In this document: piece by piece, positions 56,895 through 64,000 of the stretch
Layout of the letters: each line of letters starts with the position of its first letter
How positions within the stretch are numbered: position 1 is the first letter of the stretch
NCBI RefSeq assembly: GCF_009914755.1
Contig: NC_060941.1
Origin: the human T2T-CHM13v2.0 reference genome, Homo sapiens
Reading direction: 5' to 3' (one strand)
Length of the DNA stretch: 64,000 bases
Made by a program: the position numbers and the translations under genes
The notes under the pieces: generated by a model
What the model was told of the DNA's origin: nothing
What the model saw: only the letters and a program-made list of their open reading frames with translations
Database searches by the model: none

Positions 56895-57853
56895 TGTGGG
56901 GAAAAGCAAGAGAGATCAGATTGTTACTGTGTCTGTGTAGAAAGAAGTAGACATAGGAGACTCCATTTTGTTATGTACTAAGAAAAATTCTTCTGCCTTG
57001 AGATTCTGTGACCTTACCCCCAACCCCGTGCTCTCTGAAACATGTGCTGTGTCAACTCAGAGTTGAATGGATTAAGGGCGGTGCAAGATGTGCTTTGTTA
57101 AACAGATGCTTGAAGGCAGCATGCTCCTTAAGAGTCATCACCACTCCCTAATCTCAAGTACCCAGGGACACAAACACTGCAGAAGGCCGCAGGGACCTCT
57201 GCCTAGGAAAGCCAGGTATTGTCCAAGGTTTCTCCCCATGCGATAGTCTGAAATATGGCCTCGTGGGAAGGGAAAGACCTGACCGTCCCCCAGCCCGACA
57301 CCCGTAAAGGGTCTGTGCTGAGGAGGATTAGTATAAGAGGAAGGCATGCCTCTTTGCAGTTGAGACAAGAGGAAGGCATCTGTCTCCTGCCCGTCCCTGG
57401 GCAATGGAATGTCTCCGTATAAAACCCGATTGTATGCTCCATCTACTGAGATAGGGGAAAACCGCCTTAGGGCTGGAGGTGGGACATGCGGGCAACAATA
57501 CTGCTCTGTAAGGCATTGAGATGTTTATGTGTATGCATATCAAAGCACAGCACTTAATTCTTTACCTTGTCTATGATGCAGAGACTTTTGTTCACGTGTT
57601 TATCTGCTGACCTTCTCTCCACTATTATCCTATGACCCTGCCACATCCCCCTCTCTGAGAAACACCCAAAAATGATCAATAAATACTAAGGGAACTCTGA
57701 GGCTGGCGGGATCCTCCATATGCTGAACGCTGGTTCCCTGGGTCCCCTTATTTCTTTCTCTATACTTTGTCTCTGTGTCTTTTTCTTTTCCAAGTCTCTC
57801 GTTCCAGCTAATGAGAAACACCCACAGGTGTGGAGGGGCAACCCACCCCTTCA
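56895..57853 (+). mobile_element. HERV-K(HML-2) LTR5 solo LTR (LTR5_Hs-like)
   Basis: TGTGGGGAAAAGCAAGAGAGATCAGATTGTTACTGTGTC...GGGGCAACCCACCCCTTCA, with TATAAAA and AATAAA. Confidence 0.93.
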
Positions 57854-58471
57854 CAAAGCTATTTCCATCTGTAAACCATTCTACTTTGGGATTATCTAGA
57901 GGCTCATCTTTTAAATGTGGACGGCTAGAGTAAACTTGCTCCATAACTTGTATCCAAGAATGATCTGGGGTGCCTGTGGGTTCAGGCAAGTAGGTAGCTG
58001 GATTAAAATCTGGCATACTTTAAGTGTTGTATCAGGAGCATCTAGCAACAAAGCCTGGTATTTATTCACAGGAAAGGAGAAGAAGCATTTTCTGTCTGCC
58101 TTGTCATTTCCAAAACATACTACTGTTTGCAGCTGAGTTAATAAACCCCTTCCCAACAAGGGTGGGGCATTCAGGAGAAAACCAAAGTCCCTGAAGAGCA
58201 GCTTATAGGATAGGTAAAATGGCATCTATGGTCCTGTCTATCCCCTTGACCATAGAGTTTTGGGATGACAGAGGCCCATTATAATGGGTCAAAACAGAGT
58301 AAGCATTCTAGAAGGAAGTTAATATTATTACCTGTCATGTCAAGGGTTATCTGAGGCTTCTCAGAAGATATGGCTAGTTGTCCGACGGGAGGTGTAGCGG
58401 AAGGTCTTGGGCCCCGTCACTCTTGGGCTTCCCTGGTTATTTTGGCATCTGGTTTGGGTGCAGATGGCTGC

Positions 58472-59114
58472 TGTAAGGTACATGGATGTGCTTTGGTCAA
58501 GGAATAGCCCGAGGCAGATATCCAGGCCTGCATGACTCAGTGAGACTGCTGCACAGGCACTCACCTCCACTTGTTATATAACCTGTTTGTGTAAGCTCAT
58601 ACTTGGCTCTACACCACTACTGTCTGTAAAAGGAATAACTGCCCTGCTGACACTGTGCACGGGGACTCAACATGGCTCAGCATCGCTCTTGTGCAGGCAC
58701 TGGTGCTCAGAAAGAGAGTGAAGCTACTGACCCCTGTAAGGGAGAATGACTGTCTGACAGGTGGATAGAGGGGAGCCAGGACATGGCTCAGCTTGTGCCC
58801 AGAGAGAAAGGTTAAGCTACTGATCTTAGAGCTGGCCTTGCAGACCAGTTGTGCAGCTGTGAGTGGGAGCTAGCTGCTGAGAGGGTCCAGAGTCAGAGCA
58901 GACAGCCAAGATAAAGGCGAACAGTATAAAAGAGCTAGTGTGAGAGAACTGCTGATGAGAGAGCTGCTGAATAAAACTACATTTCACCTGTCTACACCGC
59001 CCCGAATGTTCTTTCAGCTATTCATCTATCCATCCACTCCTCTCAGACCTCATCATGGGCTGCACCCTAACCCTGAGCATGACATTTGTCATAGTCACGG
59101 CCCTGGACCTAACA
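58472..59114 (+). mobile_element. Solo LTR, LTR18-like (ERVL/HERV-S group)
   Basis: TGTAAGGTACATGGATGTGCTTTGGTCAAGG...GGACCTAACA; 5-bp flanks GCTGC/GCTCC; family name from memory. Confidence 0.7.
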
Positions 59115-59382
59115 GCTCCCTTTGGAGGAAGACTGGGCAATCCCTCTTCCAATGACCAGTTTCCTTACAGTGTGCACACTGATTCATGCCCAAAACACGC
59201 TGACTTGGACATCCAGCTCTGGGCTTCTCACATTTCAGCTTCCCTTCTTCACTCCAAGAGCCAGGAAAGAAACTCTATGTAGGAGGTGAGCTTAAGGCTG
59301 CAGCCAAGAGCTGCACCTTGTGGGAGGTCCTTCTTGCTCCTCTTTCTGCTTCCTGTGCTTTGTCCCCGTTATTAAAAACTAA

Positions 59383-59745
<363 letters not shown>

Positions 59746-60855
59746 TAGCTGCTTTTTGTAGTTTTCTGGGGATATCAGGGGCAGACTGGGTCATAAAATG
59801 TCCTCCCAAAAGGGTTTGTCTCTCCTTTGAGGCAGGATCAGTGATATTATACTTCCCGATTGCTTCAACTAAATGCCCTTGAAACAAACCTGGATTCTCA
59901 TCTTTATCCTGAGAATCTTCCTTAACCTGTTCATAGATAACAGGCTTTTTCATACATTTCTTCATCCCTTCCAACGAACAAGTGACCATATGATCTCTCC
60001 TCCCCAAGTCCTCACTGCGCCTTTGATAATTCCACTCTGCATCTTGATCTGGAACTGCTATACTTCCTGCCTGATACATAGTATGGTACGGGTTGCGAGC
60101 CAATACCTCATCTGCATGGGTCCTAGCTGTCCCCAAAATGCATTGTTTCTCCTCCACTGTACAACACAGAGACAACAAAACATGCAGATCCTCCCAAGTT
60201 AAACTATAGGTCAGAGTTGATTTCTCAAACTCATCTATAAATTTTCCTGGATCTTCAGAGAAATGACCAACCTTCTCTATATATAGGGTCAAACCAGACG
60301 GAGAAAAGGGAACATGTACTCTCACAGTGCCCTCTTCCCGATTTGCCACCTAAGTGGACAAAGATTTCCCTTTGGAGGTTGATAGCAGGCTGCACTATAA
60401 GTAGTACTCGGTGGGCTAAGTTCTTTGTGGGAATGGTGGGTACAGAGTGGGACTAGCTGGGTAAGGAGAAGGGACGAAGGGTTCTCAAGAACTTTCAGGT
60501 GGACTACAGGGAGAAAGAACTGACACATACGAACCTTCAGAGCTGACAGAAAGGGGTTCCGCTCCACCCAAAAATGCCTGCTGAACCACAGCAGGGCTTG
60601 CATTAAAGGATCACCTAGTATGTCTAAATCTTTTTCTTCTTTTCCTCTCATCAAACATGATTCACATTATCCAAATAACATAAGTGAGCTGAGCTATGAA
60701 TCTTAGATAAACCACAACATGGACTTTGAAAAAAATGTCGAATAAGGCAAAATAAGTGAAGAGGATTTAGATGGGAACAACCAGAGTAACCAATAACAGC
60801 AGTGAGGATTGGAAAAGCAAAGCAAACACGGTTTGCCCGAATCCAAGAAAAGAAA

Positions 60856-61158
60856 GTTTTTTTATTTTCTTTTGAGACAGAGTCTCGCTCTGTTGAGAAG
60901 ACTGCTGGAGTGCAGTGGTGCAATCTCAGCTAACTGCAAACTCTGACTCCTAGATTAAAGCGATTCTCCTGACTCAGCATCCCAAGAAGCTGGGATTACA
61001 GATGTCTGCCACCACACCCGGGTAATGTTTGTATTTTTAGTAGAGACGGGGTTTCAACACGTTGGCCAGGATGGTCTCGAACTCCTGATTTCAGGTGATC
61101 TGCCTGCCTCGGCCTCCCAAAGTGCTGGGATTACAGGTGTGAGCCACCGCACTTAGCT
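60856..61158 (-). mobile_element. AluS in the ERV1 leader
   Basis: Reverse Alu ending GAGCCACCGCACTTAGC. Confidence 0.9.
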
Positions 61159-62390
61159 ACAAAGGAGTTTTTTTAGTGTGCAAAACCAAACAAAACAGCA
61201 AGGAGAAAAGTCCCCTGATTTCCATCCTAGTGCTTCTCAATCACACTCAGCACAGCAGCAACAAAACACAACCACATCTATCGAATCTTACTGCTCATAG
61301 CTGTTAAATATCAAATCTCAATCAGCAATTTTAGAGCCGGATCCTCCAATGCTTTTGGTTCCCAGTGTTTCACAAGCAAACGGACAGAAATCGGGAGGGA
61401 CATAGGAGAAGAATCAGTTAAAATCCCTAAGACCAGTTAAATGAAGTCTCCTGAAAATGACACTGAAACGGAGACAGCAACCAAGACAAGGAGGACGAGG
61501 CAGACTAATACAAAGAGCATAGCCTGCGGTGTCAAACCTGTTTTTTAGCCGAGAGGGGCTTTACTGGGAGGGGCCTCTAACCCTCCTCGGTCGGGCCTCT
61601 AACCCGAGGTCGGTCAAGTGTCCTTGCCTTTTATTAAGAGGGGCCTCTAACCCACTCTCTTTTAGGAAAGACTCTAACTCCATTAAGTTGGGCCTCTAAC
61701 CCAATCCCATTCTTTACCCGGGCACTCCACCACTTACCCAAAGTCGTCCAATCAGTGCTGCAGTCTACTTCCTTTGGGTTGGGGGAGTTTCTTCAGTATC
61801 GCCCCTTCCGTCGTTCGCCAGAAATATGTTATAGGACCCCAACACTTCCCCAAAGCACTATAGTCCCATCTGTGGTGGCCAGAAATACGTCACAGGAAAA
61901 GGGCCCCGATCCAGACCCAAAGAGAGGGTTCTTGGGTCTCGCGCAAGAAATAACTCAGGGCGAGTCCGCGGTGCAAAATAAAAGCAAGTTTATCAAGAAA
62001 GTAAAGTGGTGAAAGAACAGCTACTCCATAGACAGAGAAGGGCGTTCCCGAAACTAAGAGAAGGAACGTATCCACCCTAGGTACAATGCTTGTATACATG
62101 GGGAGAGGTGCTCTGCTACAAGGGTTTGTGATAAAGAATTAACTTTAATTATTACATTTTGCAAGAATCCCTATTACTACCTTTAAAGCAAAATTAGGAA
62201 CGCCTTTGTTCTCCAGATATCCAGCTATCTGGACGCTCGGGTCTCTTCAGTAAACATTAATTTGTTCCCTTAACCGTAAGCATCTGAAAGCTAGGAATAT
62301 CCTTCTGAGAATGCAGGCCCGTAAGTCCCGGCCTCATTTTTCTAGCCCTCACTCAAAATGGGGTCGCTTCAGGTTCCAACGTCTCTGACA

Positions 62391-62885
62391 GTCATACTAC
62401 ATATGACTCAGCCACGTCAATGGAAAAAGTAGACTGGATAGTGACGTACCCGCAGAAAACGAATACAACAATCTGTCATATAGATCTGACCGCAGTCAGA
62501 TTCTGCAGTGAAGTAAAGCCGGTAAACTTGCATGCAACGATCTTCATACCGCATCCAACAAAGCCACGTAAATCCAAAAGCAGTGCGACTCTGGATAGTG
62601 AAACACATGCGGGAAACTTGAATGGAAAGATGTTTATACTGCCTCGGATGGAGACACGTAAATGAAAAAACAGTCCCGCTTGGGATAGTAAAGTAGGGGC
62701 GCTAAACTTAAATATAACGATCCGAATATCGCATCTGAGTGTGCCAAGTAATAGCAGAGACCAGTCAGAATACGGATACTGATGTGGGTGCGGTAACCTT
62801 AAATCCAATGACGGTCACACCGCATTTGATTAAACCAAGTGAAACCTAAAGCAGCCACACTCTCCAAAGTACGCGCTGCTGACTT
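62391..62885. repeat. Degenerate ~90-bp tandem repeat, right block
   Basis: Recurring GCCACGT(C/A)AAT, CTGGATAGTGA, AAACTT(G/A)AAT and ATCTTCATACCGCATC motifs, as in the left block. Confidence 0.75.
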
Positions 62886-64000
62886 ATACACAAGTGTGCT
62901 AACAGGCCCCGAAGATCCGATGCAAACGCGTGGAGGTAACGAAAGAAGCTCCCATTCCACCTTGTCAGCAGACAGCGTTTAGAGATCTCCTTTGCTGATG
63001 TAACGCGAAATAACAGTAACTGATAGAGCAAGTTCCGCACTTAACCTGAGCCTAAACGACCAAGGCGCTGCCGGCATTAGCGTTCGTCCACGGCCCTCCT
63101 CCTCTTAGAGCCAAGTGTATTAATAGGTCCCGACAATCTGAGTGGAGATGACAAGAGGCTCCCATTCTATGAGTGGAGATAACAAGCTGATGACGAAACC
63201 CGGGTGCTCCCCTCATTGGCACCCAGCAGGCAGCACCGGCCCGCTCCCGGAGCCCTCCATCCTGCGCTTTCCCAAACCCCCATCAAAACACCAACCCAGT
63301 CTCCTCCCTCTCAAGCCATTTTCCAACCTGCCTGGGAGCCACTCTGATCTCCCAGAACACCTCATTTTGTGAATTATAAACCTTTTCACACCTTCTCGGT
63401 CCCTGTGTGATGTCACCAGTCTCGATTTCCAAAATAAATTTGGGGTCAGTGGTGGGGCTGGGGTCCATCTAGTTCTGCAGAGTGGGAACAGCACAGAAGC
63501 TACCGGACTTGCTGTGCGCATAGTCCAATTTGGGTGCAAAAGCCTCCCCACTGGACTGGGTGGCCTCTTATCAGTGACAAAACCAAGGGATTTGCTAGTC
63601 CCTCATTTACACACTGGTTACTGAGTGCCTCCCGTTGAGTTGAACACTTTTACTTCCGGGGAAAATTCGTTGTTCCAGACCAAGTTGACTACTGTCTTCA
63701 CTGGACATTCTAAGAGGTGCTTTTGGTCCCAGGGAAATACCCCGGAAGCTGTGAAGTACAACAGCCTTAGGCCCTGTCCCAAATATTCTAATTTAATGGC
63801 TGTACGGTGGGGCTAGGACCTCAGGATGATTCACTCCACCGAGGTATCCGGTCGTCCTGAAGTATAGCCAAGGTTGAGAAGCACCGATAGACACGGAAGA
63901 ATTTTCACTCCCCTTCAGCAAAGACCTTTGTAGGTATGACCTCCTTTGGCTGTCATTGTTCAGAATGGTGGGGGGTCTGGCAAGAGCGAGTCTTAGGGCT

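Noticed and set aside
62900-64000. Possible promoter or exon in the terminal unique sequence, with a short TGAGTGGAGAT(G/A)ACAAG duplication near 63139-63186
   Set aside because: No diagnostic motif or credible ORF; nothing supportable from sequence alone.

Overview
Primate (most likely human) DNA, identified as the RNU2 macrosatellite from memory rather than by database search. Bases 1-25769 are the end of a tandem array of ~6.15-kb units (LTR-to-LTR periods 6145, 6147, 6148, 6176). Each unit has a U2 snRNA gene with DSE/PSE/3' box, a solo LTR13 with an AGATAA target-site duplication (TSD), a CT microsatellite, an L1 3' fragment and several Alus. All four U2 genes appear to carry n.160A>G in the U2B''-binding loop IV. 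The two boundary-proximal copies also carry n.18T>C. The array ends by an apparent out-of-register crossover inside an LTR13. Bases ~25770-53691 are a nested stack of same-orientation HERV-K13/HML-4-like elements: three decayed proviruses and one solo LTR, with Alus and a 1.08-kb mRNA 3'-UTR retrocopy inserted. Next is a degenerate 90-bp tandem repeat split by a MER41-type gammaretroviral provirus (54210-62390), which itself contains an HML-2 LTR5, an LTR18-like solo LTR and two Alus. No intact protein-coding gene is supported. I found no clearly new biological system; the best leads are the variant U2 alleles, the LTR-terminus self-insertions and the unidentified 90-bp repeat.
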